Assembly (NCBI RefSeq): GCF_009914755.1
Contig: NC_060931.1
From: the human T2T-CHM13v2.0 reference genome, Homo sapiens
Strand: one strand, 5' to 3'
Length of the DNA stretch: 64,000 nucleotides
In this document: positions 33,097-46,465 of the stretch, piece after piece
How the letters are laid out: each line of letters starts with the position of its first letter
Position numbering within the stretch: the stretch's first letter is position 1
Made by a program: the position numbers and the translations under genes
The notes under the pieces: generated by a model
What the model was told of the DNA's origin: nothing
Seen by the model: only the letters and a program-made list of their open reading frames with translations
Databases searched by the model: none

Positions 33097-35866
33097 ACTA
33101 GGTCACAGTCCGGGAGGGCAGGAAGGGGAACTGTGGCAGGGCCAGCTCACCACACTGGGGCATCTGGTCACCTGGGCGGGGTGGGGGAGAGGGGGGCTCA
33201 CTGCCTGTTTTCCGTGTTGAGGCTGCAGGGAAGCGTGAAGTTTTGAAATACATAATACAGGCCCCACGTGGTTCTGACCCAGCACCACGCAGTTCTCAGA
33301 ACCACACATTCTAGCCCTGCAAGCACCTGAGGCTTGGTTCCCGGGCCAGAGGCTGGTACCTGACTCTGGGGTAAAGAGGAGAGCCGGGGCTGTCTGCGGG
33401 GCCTCAGGGCTCGGCGATGGCTGAACCCCACAGTGAGAGCCCTCGTGCCCCAGGTTTTCCATCGTCTTCCTCTCACCTTTGGGGCGCTCCAGATAAGAAG
33501 TGGCGTTTCTCAGGGAGGCGCCCCCACCTCAGCTCCTCCTGTCTCAGGCCCCACTTGGTGGGGAGCCGCCGCAGGCGGGGAGCCCGGGCTTGCCCCTGCG
33601 GGCAGTCACCGCTGCCCTGTGCCCCGAAACCACCCTCCCCGCCCCCCAGTGACCTCCCACCTCCGGGGTTCCTCTCCGCCTTGCTGCCTGCTTTGGCTTT
33701 AGAAGGGAGCTCAAGCTCAGCGGCTTTTGGGGCAGCCACGTTAGGTGCTGGGGAATGGAAGAGGATGACACTGCCTATTTTGACTCAGATCTTCAAGGAT
33801 GAGCACACCCTCCCCTGGTAGCAACTTCTGCACCCGCCGGCCACCCCGTAGGGCCCTGCCCCGCACCGCACCCGGTGGCCTCCCCGGAGGGCCGTGACCC
33901 AAGCACCGCACCCGGCGGCTTCCCCAGGTGCTGCTCCGCCCAGTGCCCCCCCAGATCTCAACGTGGTGCCACAATGCCGCCCTCTCGCACATCGTGTCCT
34001 TGGACTATGTCTTCCTTTGAAAGGTCAGTTGCCAGGGGCCCTCACGACTCCTTGGGTGTGCTTTGGGCCGGCATGTATGTCCTCTTGCCCTTCTCTTACA
34101 CAGAAGAGTGGGGAGGGTGTCCTAAGAATTTGGCTTGTCCTAAGGAAAATAAAGTTGTAATTTCAAGGCACTGACCAAGGTCTCTGTACTACTCAAGAGC
34201 TCAAGAGTGGCCACGGGGGAAGATAGCCCTGGGTGTAAAAGGGCCGCAGAAGGGAATCCCCTGTGCTCTGCATTAAAAAACCCCCAGGGGACAGGAGGCT
34301 GAAGAAAGGGAACCTACCACTTCTCCATAAAATAGTGTCAGTGAGCTGTCCAGGAGGGCAGGGGATCTGCCGATAAGAGAGCATTTAGGAAAATATGCCG
34401 ACTCCTTAAATTGGGTTTCGATTTTTCAGCTTTTGAAAATATTGGTTTTCTTTAGGACAGGTTTCTGTACTTGCCAACAGTTGCCAGTTATCCACCAGCA
34501 GACTGCAGGAAGAAGAGACAATCTTCACCTCCCTCCTGGGTAGGGAGAGCTGAGAATTCACTAGGCTTAGCCTAACAAAGCCCGCAGTGGACGTTTCTGC
34601 TGTACCTGTCCAAGGCGTGATAGTTCCCCAGACTTTGGGGAATATCACCGTGGGTTATTTTGTCTAGTTAAGTCCCTGTGGTGGGATAAGGATGGCTCCT
34701 AGAGCATGTCGGCATCAGTAGTTCCTGGAGTGGATTTTCCTACACCGTCTAGGTATGAAAATTTGGTGGGAGAAAAGACCCCAGGAAAGGGGAAAGCAGG
34801 AAAGTGGAGCTAAGGGATGCTGCTATAACACTCATCCTGTTGTATCTGTTCTGTTTCCCTGAACTTTGAAGATAGTTATGCTGAGTACCCCCTTTAAAAT
34901 GATTTTCTTCTACACTGTACCTTCCCATGGTCATGTTCTTGGTGGGGTGTGTTTCACATGTCCAGCCCTGTGGGGTTGGGGGGACACTAGAAGAGGTAGT
35001 GGGAAGCCAGACTTTCCCACATCATTCCACCGAGGCCACGGAGGCAGGAGGAACCGAGCCTTCCCTGTGCTCGGCACTGTGTTTTTCTTCATCATGTCAC
35101 TTTTTACATTAACGTGTATTTTTGCTTGCTTCCAGAAAAGCACCTACATCAGCTATGCTGTAATCCTTGCTTTTCTCACCCAATAACTGGGAATCCCCAG
35201 AGAGCCAAAACTATCTTTTTAATCTCTTATTTCTTCATCACCTAGTACCATTTGGTGCTCAATCAACGTTTACTGAGCGGAAGAAAACGGAAATAAGACA
35301 TTTTCCTCAAGGAGCAGAAATCATTACACGTATTTGGTCCAAACAAATAAAAATAAAGAGAACCAATGAAGACTGAAGTAAACCACATCACGATTACATA
35401 AATGTAAAGATCTGGTTGCTTGTGTCCTTTTTATAATACATACTATGATCTTTGCCAATTAACACTGGAGGACTCTTTCTGGTCGATAAAATGTTTGGAT
35501 AATTAAGTATGCTTTCATTTTATGTCCCGGTATCAAAGATGTCCATTTATTCAAAACAAAGGGAGTGAACATAAAACATAAAAAGAAAAAAAAAAAGGCC
35601 TGTGGCTCCTCCTCCCAGACACCCCCCTCCAACAGTGATGAATAGGAGGGACTGTCTCCCTCCCCCATCCCTCGGAGACTAGCCTTGCAGTGTTTTAGAC
35701 TGTTTTGAAATTCTGTTCTTTAGAAGAGATTTTTTTTTTCTTCTTAATATCAAACAAAGAACTGCTGCTATTCCTTTGGGCTGGCGCAGCAGGGGCCGGT
35801 GAAATGCAGGCTGACGACGGCGCGCCAGGGGCTGAGCTCGCCCCGGTCGGCGACGCGCACACACCT

Positions 35867-35876
35867 TGAGTGACAG
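35867..35876 (+). promoter_or_regulatory. PBX-PKNOX1/MEIS decamer TGAGTGACAG
   Basis: Exact match to the TGANTGACAG motif within the promoter CpG island. Confidence 0.5.
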
Positions 35877-36355
35877 CGACCTCTTCTCTACAGGTTTTCC
35901 ACGCGGGAGCGTGGCCCTAGCGGGCGTTCGGTTTTCTTTGGAAATCGCGGAGGGGGCTGGCCGGGCGCAGCGATCCCCACCCCGGGACTCCAGCCCCGGC
36001 CGTGCGCGTCGCCGCGGACGGGCTCTGCGGGCCACGGGGAAGGTGCGAGGAGGCGCGAGCAGGCTGTGAGCCGCTGGGCGCTCCCGCGAGCCCGCTCCTC
36101 TCCGTCGGGAGCAGGGCAAAGGCGCCAGGAACAGGGCAGAGGCACAGCGCCCACCGCCTCTGCGGCCGCCTGATGTGCGAGCAGCCCGCGACGAGGCAGT
36201 GCACGCTCAGACGCCCCGCTCCTCCCGCCAGCGCGCGGCCTCGCTCCTCCTAGAGGACGCTCTCTGCGCGGGCCCTCGGAGGAGGCGGCGGCGGGGCGAG
36301 CTGCAGCGCCGGGACAGGAGGTTTGTCCCCGCCCGCGCGCCGTACCGCGGCGGAG

Positions 36356-36559
36356 ATGGGCGAGACCATGTCAAAGAGGCTGAAGCTCCACCTGGGAGGG
36401 GAGGCAGAAATGGAGGAACGGGCGTTCGTCAACCCCTTCCCGGACTACGAGGCCGCCGCCGGGGCGCTGCTCGCCTCCGGAGCGGCCGAAGAGACAGGCT
36501 GTGTTCGTCCCCCGGCGACCACGGATGAGCCCGGCCTCCCTTTTCATCAGGACGGGAAG
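36356..36559 (+). CDS. LANCL2: LanC-like protein 2, coding exon 1 (aa 1-68)
   Basis: ATG at 36356 in strong Kozak context (GAGATGG). Translates MGETMSKRLKLHLGGEAEMEERAFVNPFPDYEAAAGALLASGAAEETGCVRPPATTDEPGLPFHQDGK, recognised as the LANCL2 N-terminus. Ends at canonical donor AAG|GTGAGT (36560), phase 0. Confidence 0.96.
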
Positions 36560-36632
36560 GTGAGTCGGCGGCCTGGCCGCAGAGGCGCCGGAGGGGGAGC
36601 GCGGCGGTGGTAGCGTCCACCTTCCGCCAGGC

Positions 36633-36642
36633 GTGACGTCAC
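36633..36642. promoter_or_regulatory. Palindromic CRE (CREB/ATF site) GTGACGTCAC
   Basis: Perfect TGACGTCA at 36634-36641 inside the CpG island, at the start of intron 1. Confidence 0.65.
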
Positions 36643-37772
36643 AGGCGCGCGCCGGGCTTGGGAGGGCGCGGGATGATAGCGCCTAGCACCTGTCTCCGGG
36701 CCTTCCCGATGAGCCGCGCTTAGGGTCCGTGGGCTTCAGCTGCATGAACCACGTTCCAGCAGTTCGGCCCTCCTGGCCCCAACGCGCCTTTGAAATACGC
36801 GGACAGTGCGCTTTCCTTCTTGGCCCGAGCGGCGCTTCGCAATGCGGGCTTGTGCACTCGTGAGGCCCGCGGACACCTCCCGCCCCTGCGCGGCGGAGCG
36901 CTCCGCCGGCTACCTGCTCCTCAGAAGTGGCCTGGAGGCTGGATTTCCTTGGCCATATCTGGTCCCTGGGCTCTCGCCGACAAAGAAGCATTGTCCGTAC
37001 TGTCTGTGTGCCCAGAAATGGGAAGCGGGTGTAAGGGGAGGCCAAACTTGACTTTCTTAGTGTCGCGAGGTGGGTCAGAGCGTTACATTGACATAAAACA
37101 GATTAACAACAGAAAAACATACATCTCTTGAATATGTTTTACGTGAAAAAGACACAAAGAAATGGCAAAACCCAAATACTTTTGTGCTAGGCAGAACCAA
37201 GAGCGGCAGCTGTGGGAGAGTAAAGTGTGCGGGGAGGCTAATGGAAGATGGAACTGCTTGAACCACGTCTAGGTAGAAATCTCCGCCTTGCTCGGCTCTG
37301 GTGCCGAGTGTTTCTTTGTTCCTGGTGTAGGGAGGCCATGTTTTACAGGAGTTTTCTCTTGTTTCAGGAAGAAAAGGGGGCAGTTTAGAGCACTCTTCTG
37401 TTTTTCAAGTGCTTTTAGCTTAAAATAATCCTTATGCCAGAGACATATTTTTGGGATGGCATACCCTGTCACCCTTCACGGGCTATCTGAACAGAATCTA
37501 ACGTGGGAGGCAAAAAGTGGGAATAAAACAGAAGATTGAATATCAGCACAACTGTTTTCATGCTTGGTAAAACCGTACCTTTACCAGGTTTTCTTTTTCC
37601 ACTGAGGTACGTGTTCCAATGGCCACTTCACCTCCTTGGATCTCCATGTATTTCATATTTGGCTAAAACTAAGAAGGTAATTTTGAAAGAGCCATTGGTC
37701 TGAATATGGAATCTAAGGCAAGTGACTTCTGTAAACCTCTCTCTTCTTGAATGTGGTTAAAAACTCGAAACA

Positions 37773-38070
37773 GGCCGGGCGCGGTGGCTCACGCCAGTAA
37801 TCCCAGCACTTTGGGAGGCCGAAGCGGGCTGATTGCTTGAGCCCAGCAGTTCGAGACCAGCCTGGCCAACATGGCAAAACACCGTCTCTACAAAAGAAAA
37901 ATACAAAAATTAGCCGAGCGTGGTGGTGGACGCCTGTTCAGCTACTCAGGAGGCCGAGGTATGAGAATCGCTTGAGCCTCGGAGGTCGAGGTTGCAGTGA
38001 GTGGAGATTGCGCCATTGCACTCCAGCCTGGGCGACAGAGCTAGACGCAGTCTCAAAAACCAAAAGCAAG
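37773..38070 (+). mobile_element. Alu (LANCL2 intron 1)
   Basis: Alu consensus match. Confidence 0.93.
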
Positions 38071-39004
38071 CAAACCTGTGGGAACAAGTCCTAACTGATG
38101 GGGATGTGTCTGAATTAGATGAAGCATATAAATTGCCTAGCAAACTGCCTGATGTGGTACCTTAAGAAAGGCCTCAATAAATGTTAATCTCTTCCCCTTG
38201 ATGATTTAAGTTACACGGTTTAGATTCATATTCAATATTGGTTTTTCTCTAGATTTCTTCTATTTTTACATACAAATATGTGTTTCATTTGTGACTTAGT
38301 GTTTCATTTTTTAATAACAAAAATAAAAATCTGGCAAGCATTGAAAAAACTGCATCATTCATTCTTATTACCAGTGGCCATCTCAGTACTATCCTTGGAG
38401 TAGGTAGGTTACAGCAATGCTTAGTGAAAGATGAATGAAATGAACTCTTGACATGAGAATAATAAAAATAATGTTAGAGACATGGGAAGCAGGTGAGTTT
38501 CATTTGCAGCCTCACAGGAGATAAACACTAATTCAACTCAAAGTTTTGAAATTGGGTATTTTTCTTTTTAGCCTTTGTATCTGGATAAATGTGATTTTTG
38601 ACCTCAGTTATATACCTGATTTATGTTGAAAAGAAAATTAGACTACAAGTAACTAATGGGGCTTGTGATATCTCTGCAATGAAATGTAAGTTGGGGTGGG
38701 GACCTATGCCAGTGGTTGTGAGTATATGCTAAAGAAAGAAATGGACATCATATTATTCTTGAATATGAAAATGAGAGCACGTTGAAGGGAGAGATGGATA
38801 GTGATTTTAAAAGGTGGAAAGATTGCTTCTTGGTTATTGGAAAGTCATCAGATAAAATGAATATGAGTTGAACACTGTCTTCCCTATTAATATTTTTTAT
38901 GATTGACATTAAATTTTTGGTTTTAAAAATCTGTTAAGAATGCAATTTGAGGATATCACACTATGCACTGTTTTTGATAGACATGAAATTTCATGAAAAT
39001 GAGG

Positions 39005-39570
<566 letters not shown>

Positions 39571-41219
39571 TAACTTGTTAATTTGTAAGTTAAGCATTGA
39601 ATAATTTTCTCTCCATGATGTTACCGAGTAATGATTACAAAAATCTACCAACACAATAACATTTTATTACTAAGTATTCTTTAAGTCATTCACTCTATCT
39701 CATTTTAGTTTGGCTGCCTAGGTGTGTGGTGTGATCAGTCAATAAAATTATCCTCTGATTCTAAAACCACTCAAGTCGGCTTCTCTGGGCCATATTTCCA
39801 TAAATTGGTATTTATAACATTTTTTACAATATTGGGCCAATATTATGAAAAGCAGTGAACCAGTGTAGTAGCAGTTGTTTTTAATTATGGAAAGCCTGTG
39901 ACGCAGACACTCTTAGTTACTCATCTAACAGCCATTTCCTCCTTTTTACTTGATTTTGTTGTGGCCGTGGACTTAAGGGGAATTGAGCCCAGCTCTAGGA
40001 GCTGAATCATGATTAATGTCTTTGACCAGCAGCAGCAGCAGCTTCAACTGATGTTCAAGTCCAACCAGGAGATGGGTACCATGCAGAGTTTAATAGGGAA
40101 AGTTTAACTTAAAGAATTGTTATGAACTGTGAGACTGGAGTAACAAGAGATTGTCTCATGAGAAGGAAAGAGAACTCTGAAGAGTATAGGAATAGCAGAC
40201 AGAAGGAGCAGCCCCACCCCTAGGGCTGAGAGGGCACTCGAGTAAAGGCCCCTGTGATTAGCTCTGTTGCTGTGTAATAATTATCCCAACACTTAGCATC
40301 TTTATAAACACTTACGATCTCATGCAGTGTCTGAGAGTCAGGAATCCAGCTGCAGGTTAGCTGGGTGGTTCTGGCTCACGGTCTCTGGAGAAGCTGCACT
40401 CAAGCTCTGAACCAGGGCTTCTGTCATTTTGAGGCTTAACTGGGAGAGAGAATCTGCTCCAGGCTCATTCACATGGTGGTTAGTCGGCCTTGCTATGTGT
40501 TTTCTGGAGGCTTCAGTGTCTAACCACATGGGCTGCTCCTTAGGGCTGCCTCATGACATAGTGGCTGTCTTCCCTGAGACTGAGTGATCAAAGAGAAAAG
40601 TATGCAAGAGCACCCAAGATGGAAGCTGCAGTCATTGTATTTATTATGTAATCTCAGAAGTGACATACCATCACACCTGCCATATTGTATTCTATTAGAA
40701 GCAAGACAGTAAATCCAGCCCACGCTCAAGTGGAGGGGTTATACAGGAGCATAAATACCATGAACTGTAGAGTCCTCAGCCAGGGCTGAAATCTTGAACT
40801 TGTCAGAGAGGTCATTGCCATACCTCATTGGTTGGGAGAGAAATTGCTGTGATACTGCACCATTGCTAGGTGTAGCCTCCAGAACCCTGCAATGAGTATT
40901 ACAGTAAGTGACAATATGTAAAGAATATCTTGGGGGCACAAGAGAAGAAAGAAGACGTGTTAATTCTGCCCATTCGCATCAGGGAAGGCTTTTTAGACTA
41001 AAATGATACTTTCATGGTCCTTGAAAGATTAAGTGGGGGTTTTCTAGGCTCAGTTAGGGAACTCCATGAGCAAGGACTTAAGGGATACCACATTATGAGA
41101 ATATCAAGGAGTACGGCATGACTGGAGAAGAGGGAGCGTGAATGGCACTGGGGAGTATTGAGGCCGAAGACAGTGATTGGAGTTGATGCTGAAGGACTTG
41201 ATGGATTGGAAGGATTCTT

Positions 41220-41995
41220 TTAAAATGAAATTTAAAATTGTATATTTAAGGTATACCACATGGTGTTATGTGATACATATAGGTAGTAAAATGGTTTCTA
41301 TAGAGAGGCAAATTAATATATTCCCAATGTCACATAATTACCCATTGTTTTTTCTGTGGCCAGAGCTGCTGAAATCTATTCACTTAGCGTGAATCCCACA
41401 TCCAGTGCATTTTTATTACCTGTAGTTTTCATGTTGTGCCTTAGAGCTCTAGACTTGTTTGTCCTGCATATCTTCCATTTTGTATCCTCTGACCATTTCC
41501 TCTCCTTCCTTCAACCCACTGCCTCCGGTAATAACTGTTTTGTTCTCTATCTCTGTATAGTTTTGGGTTTTGTTTTGTTTTTTTTCGAGACAGGGTCTCA
41601 CTCTGTTGTAGGCTGGAATGCAGTGGCATGATTGTGGCTCCCTCCCGAGCTCAAATTATCCTCCCACCACAGCTGCCTGAGTAGCTGGGACCACAGACAG
41701 GTACCACCATGCCCAACTAGTTTTTGTATTTTTTGTAGAGACAGGGTTTTACCATGTTGCCCAGGCTGGTCTCAAACTTCTGGGCTCAAGGAATTTTTCC
41801 CAGCTCATATGCTGCTGTTTCATTTTAAGAATTGTTTCCTTTGCTGTGCAGAAGCTTTTTAATTTGATATAGTAATATTTGTTTATTTCTGCTTTTGTGC
41901 CATGAGCTTTTGGTGTCATACCAAAAAATTATTGCTATGGCCGGTGTCCAGGAGCTTTTCCCCATGTTCTCTTGTAGGAGTTTTATAGTTTCTGG
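41220..41995 (-). mobile_element. L1MA-like 3' fragment with an AluJ-like piece (~41565-41790)
   Basis: L1 motif tttgctgtgcagaagctttttaatttgat; antisense Alu fragment. Confidence 0.7.
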
Positions 41996-42284
41996 TCAAT
42001 CCAAAGGACTTTACAACTTTTTCCACAGAAAAAAATCAGGAAAACTTGTCTGTAATTTGATACAATCTTAAGCTATTGGAAATGCTTCAGTTTATAATTA
42101 TTTAATTTTCCATATTTTTGTTTTGAAGCTTTAAAATTTGTTTAACCTCATAATATATCATGGAAGCATAAGGAAATCAGTACTACCCTAATACCCAGAG
42201 AAATGTAATTTTTTTCTCTTTATTCAAAATGAACTAAATTGTGTGTGTGTGTGTGTGTCAGGTGGAAGGTGGGGTAATATACTC

Positions 42285-42437
42285 TACAACTTCTCAGAGT
42301 GAGGTTTGTGGACCTAAATCATAAGCAGTTCCTCAAAGATTGTTAGAAATGCAGATCCCACTCCAAACCCAAGGAACCACAGTCTGCATTTTAACAAGAT
42401 CCTCATGCCAGAGTACTCATAAATTTGAGAAGCATTG
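42285..42437. mobile_element. MER5-like DNA transposon
   Basis: gttagaaatgcagat...tctgcattttaacaagatcc...tttgagaagcattg. Confidence 0.7.
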
Positions 42438-43604
42438 AGGAAAACTGTTCTACATGTAGCTTTATTAAATTTTCTTTTAATATGAACTTAATTAACCTCC
42501 AGCCAGTTTTCAGTTCCTGATGTGGAAAGATATTGACGTGGAAGGGTAATGGTAAGATTATGGAGAGGGAACTAAGAAGATATTATACATGAGCATTTTC
42601 CATCTTTTGGAAATAAATTGTAGCATAGAGCAGGTAACAGTTTTAATAGTCTTGTGTTTGACTCCTACTTTTCTGCCATTTATGACTTGTAGACTTTGAG
42701 CAAGTTATTTAACCACACACTGAACCTTGGTTTTCTTACCTCATCAACTTGATGTAAATGGTTAAATTGAAAGGCTAACTGAGGTTCTTAATATAACATA
42801 GTTGTAATATAACGTATTTGCTAAAGCTTTTAATAATGTAGATGTAATATAACCACCCCCTCCTCACTGGATTGTTATAATGGCTAATTAGGTTAATACA
42901 TTTAAAACATTCAGAACGGTGCTGAGTACAGTTAGTACCTAGGTACACATAGTTACTGATACATAGGTGAATAGTAAGAGTTGAGTTAATGATAGCTATT
43001 AGCATTATTATAGACATAGCTTATTTGTATTAGAGTATAAAATGTGATAATGAAAAATTTGTTTACATTTTATATTTTCAGTGGAATACAGAAAAAAAAC
43101 CTACTTTTTTTGCTCTTTAAAGAAATGCTTATTGTCTCCTTTTTTTCCTAAGGAAAATACGGTTAGATGTACAATATTTATATGGCTATATCCTCAGATT
43201 GCCAATAGTTTCCAGATTTCTGAATTCCATACACATACATTCTTCCTCTCATCATCTCTGAAAGGGCATGGAACTCCTGTTGATGGTGGTGAGATGATAA
43301 GGAATAACCAAACCACTTGGAAATATGGAGGTTGGGAATTCTACCCACAGTAGAACCTACCAGCTCATGCTGTGCACCTTTGGGCCTCAGCAAGATTGAA
43401 AATTGTCATCTATCATAGCCTGGGTCTCCAGATTCGTAAGTTTATGCTTGAAACTTCAAACAGGAGCTCTGAACACTTAATTCATGATTACCAAGGGCTT
43501 ACTATAATTCATTTCTATTTCTTTTTCCCACTTAACTACTGCTTTCTGAGAACAGGAATTTTTTCTTGAACATACTTGAGTTATTATTTTTTAATTTTTT
43601 AAAT

Positions 43605-43606
43605 AT

Positions 43607-43641
<35 letters not shown>

Positions 43642-43933
43642 TTTGAGACAGGGTCTCATTCTGTTTCCCAGACTGGACCACACTGGCACAATCATAGCTC
43701 ACTGCAGCCTTGACCTCCCAGGCTCAAGAGATCCTCCCACCTCAGCCTCCCAAGTAGCTGGGACTGCAGGTGTACTCCACCACACCCAGCTAATTTTTAA
43801 ATTTTTTTTTTGTGGAGATGGGGTCCTGCCATGTTGCCCAGGCTAGTCCTGAATTCCTGGGCCCAAGCAATTCTCCTGTCCTGCCTCAGCTTCCCAAAGT
43901 GTTGGGATTACAGGTGCAAGCCATTGCACCCAG
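43605..43933 (-). mobile_element. AluJ-like with (TTTA)n tail
   Basis: Antisense Alu with a microsatellite tail. Confidence 0.9.
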
Positions 43934-45914
43934 GGAGTTATTTTTAAACATCCTCACTGCTTGATACTGAAATAAGAACGCAGTAGGTAGTAAATGTTTG
44001 TTGACTGAATAAATCTATGGAAATTAAAAAAAATTTTTTATGAGAGGCATTTTTTGCATTTTATTTAATGATACAATTTTGTATTTTAAAAGCTATTCTG
44101 TATCTAGAATGTTACATCTTGGACTCTTAGATGACATTCCAGGCTACTGTAAGTCAAGAACTATGTAATATGCTTTGGGAGTTCTGGGTGAGGAGTGTGC
44201 TTTGTAAGGACAACTAGCAGTTGGCTAGGGCCAGACTAGGTTTTGAGCAAATTTTGCTTGAATAGAATTGCATATAACAAACCGAGTTTCTTTTTCAGAA
44301 AATGTTCCTGTCTTTTATAGATTTTAGTTAGTACCATGCAGCAATTGTTTAATCAAAATGAAACCTAACTTTTCACTGAGAGCTTTCCATAATTAAAGAT
44401 AATTTGACCACAAAATCCTGCTATCTCCATGGGTTCCTTGTCTCTTGAACTGTAATTACATATGTTTTGAGCCCTTGTTTGCAGTTTATTAATACATTGT
44501 CACTTAACAGTTTGTCCTTGGTTCTTTATTGCAATTGTAAACTTCCTTGTGGTTATGCCATATATCCCCTACGAAGCATACATAGCAGATGAATTTTTAT
44601 GATACACATCAAAATTGGATTGAGGTGTGTGTGCTTAGGATATGTAATCTAGAATATTTTCTGTTATATTACTGAGTTTGAAATAAGAAAACAGAAGCAG
44701 ACCAGATTATGTAAATCTATGACTATTTTTAGCAGAATGAACTATTTTCAAACACCTCTGCAAAATAGCGTTATCTTGATAGAGTCAGTTTAGGTAAGGA
44801 CCTGTTTATTGAAAATACCACTAGTGAAGGTAGATGTTTTCACTACCATCTAATTCTTTACTGTCAGAAGATATAGCTTCCCCACCCCTGCCTGCTTTTC
44901 CCATGTAGTAATTAGCTTTGAGGTAAGGATTGGGGGACTTTTGTTTTATTCATTTTGTTTGCAAAATGGAACAAAGCAAGCCCACACTCTTGCTAGGTAT
45001 GTAACATCACATCACATCTTCATGTGTCTAACATTACAAGTGAATTAGCCTAGGAGAGCTGAATTAGGAAATGCACTTCCCCAACCCATACCCCTCAGCA
45101 GAAGGGTTTGTTAAAATCTTTCCTAAGAAAAGAATTACTTTATGGTATACAGTTTGCAAAGTTTGCACATCATCACATATGTAAAATGTGAGTCAAAAAG
45201 CTATTTTTATCATCTTTAAAATGTAGGCAAGTTATTTTCTCTTAGCTTCAGTTTCTGCATGTGTACCATGATGATAATGCTGCTTTAGGATTATCAAGAG
45301 GATTAAGTTAGATTAAGTGTCTCAAATACCCCATTTATTAGGAGTGTAGTAGATGATTTTATTAAGCTCTCCTGATGCATTTCAAGTATTATTCATACCT
45401 AAATGTTCAATTTATGCGTAACTATTCAAAACGTACCTTTTTCTTTTTAGGAGCTATTTATTATGTGCATGTTGAACACTTGTTTTTAGACTTTTCACTC
45501 TCCTCTATTTGTAGTTAAGATCATCATAATTTTTTACAAGTTAATTGTCAAATCTTTAAAGTTTTCTGTATTTTTATGTATAGCAGTTGTATTTCCTCAA
45601 ACTAGCACTAAATTTATCATAAAAAATACAGAAGAACACAAGTATTTTAGAAAGAGAATGATTGCATATTCCGTAGTTTTCAGATGGAATGACTTGTTTC
45701 CTCAGGAATGCCCATGGCGTTCTCCTAAATGCATTTTAAATACCATCTCTGTCCTTCAGCACAGAATGCCCCCCTGCTTTTCACACAGCGAGCTCCTGTC
45801 TTTCTCTGAGACGCCTGTGAGAGGCTTCTTCCTCCAGGGTCTTCCTCAGAGTTGCCCAGGCAGACTCTGTTGCTTGGCCATTCCAAAGCCACTTGAAGGA
45901 TTAGCTAAGAAAGT

Positions 45915-46465
45915 TGTATTTTTCCGTTGTTGCCATAAATACCACCAATTTTGCAGTTTAAAGCAGCACCTATTTATTTATCATCTTTAAAATGAAGTCA
46001 GAAGTCCAGGTACAGTCTGGCTCTGCTGGCTCCTCTGCTTAGAATTTCATAAGGCCAAAGTCAAAGCATCTTCAAGGCTGCCTTCTCTCCTGGAGGCCCT
46101 GAGGGTGAATCTGTTTCCCAGCTCATTGAAGCTGTTGGCCAAATCCAGTTCACTGTGGCTGCTGGAGTGTTCCCCACTTCCCTGCTGGCTGGCCTTAGCT
46201 CCTCAATGCCACCTGAGCCCTGCCCATGCTTTCCACATGGTCCTTACAGCAGCCGCAGATCAAGTCACTCTCACACTTCACATCTCTCTGATTTCACCTT
46301 CTGCCCTATATTTCTGACTTAAATAGGAGAAGTTTCTCTCCTTTTATGGGCTCATGGGATTAGATGGGCCCCGCTTGGATAATCCAGCATCCTCTCCCTA
46401 TTTTGTGGTCTGTGACCTGTTTCAGGTTCCAGGACATCTTTGGGGGCCATTCTGCCTACCATAAA
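45915..46465 (-). mobile_element. MLT1-like MaLR LTR
   Basis: ttgccataaataccaccaattttgcagtttaaagcagcac...ggggccattctgcctacca. Confidence 0.65.

Larger units (their letters stand above)
35780..36920 (+). promoter_or_regulatory. LANCL2: CpG island promoter / 5' UTR of LANCL2
   Basis: Very GC- and CpG-dense block spanning exon 1, against AT-rich flanks. The TSS cannot be fixed from sequence alone. Confidence 0.88.

Noticed and set aside
33417-34174. Possible second processed pseudogene in the GC-rich block
   Set aside because: No recognisable protein similarity, poly(A) tail or TSD. Retained only as a regulatory candidate.
36323-36613. ORF-track start at 36323 and read-through past 36559
   Set aside because: The start is TTG and the 3' part is intron. 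The real CDS starts at ATG 36356 and splices at 36559.
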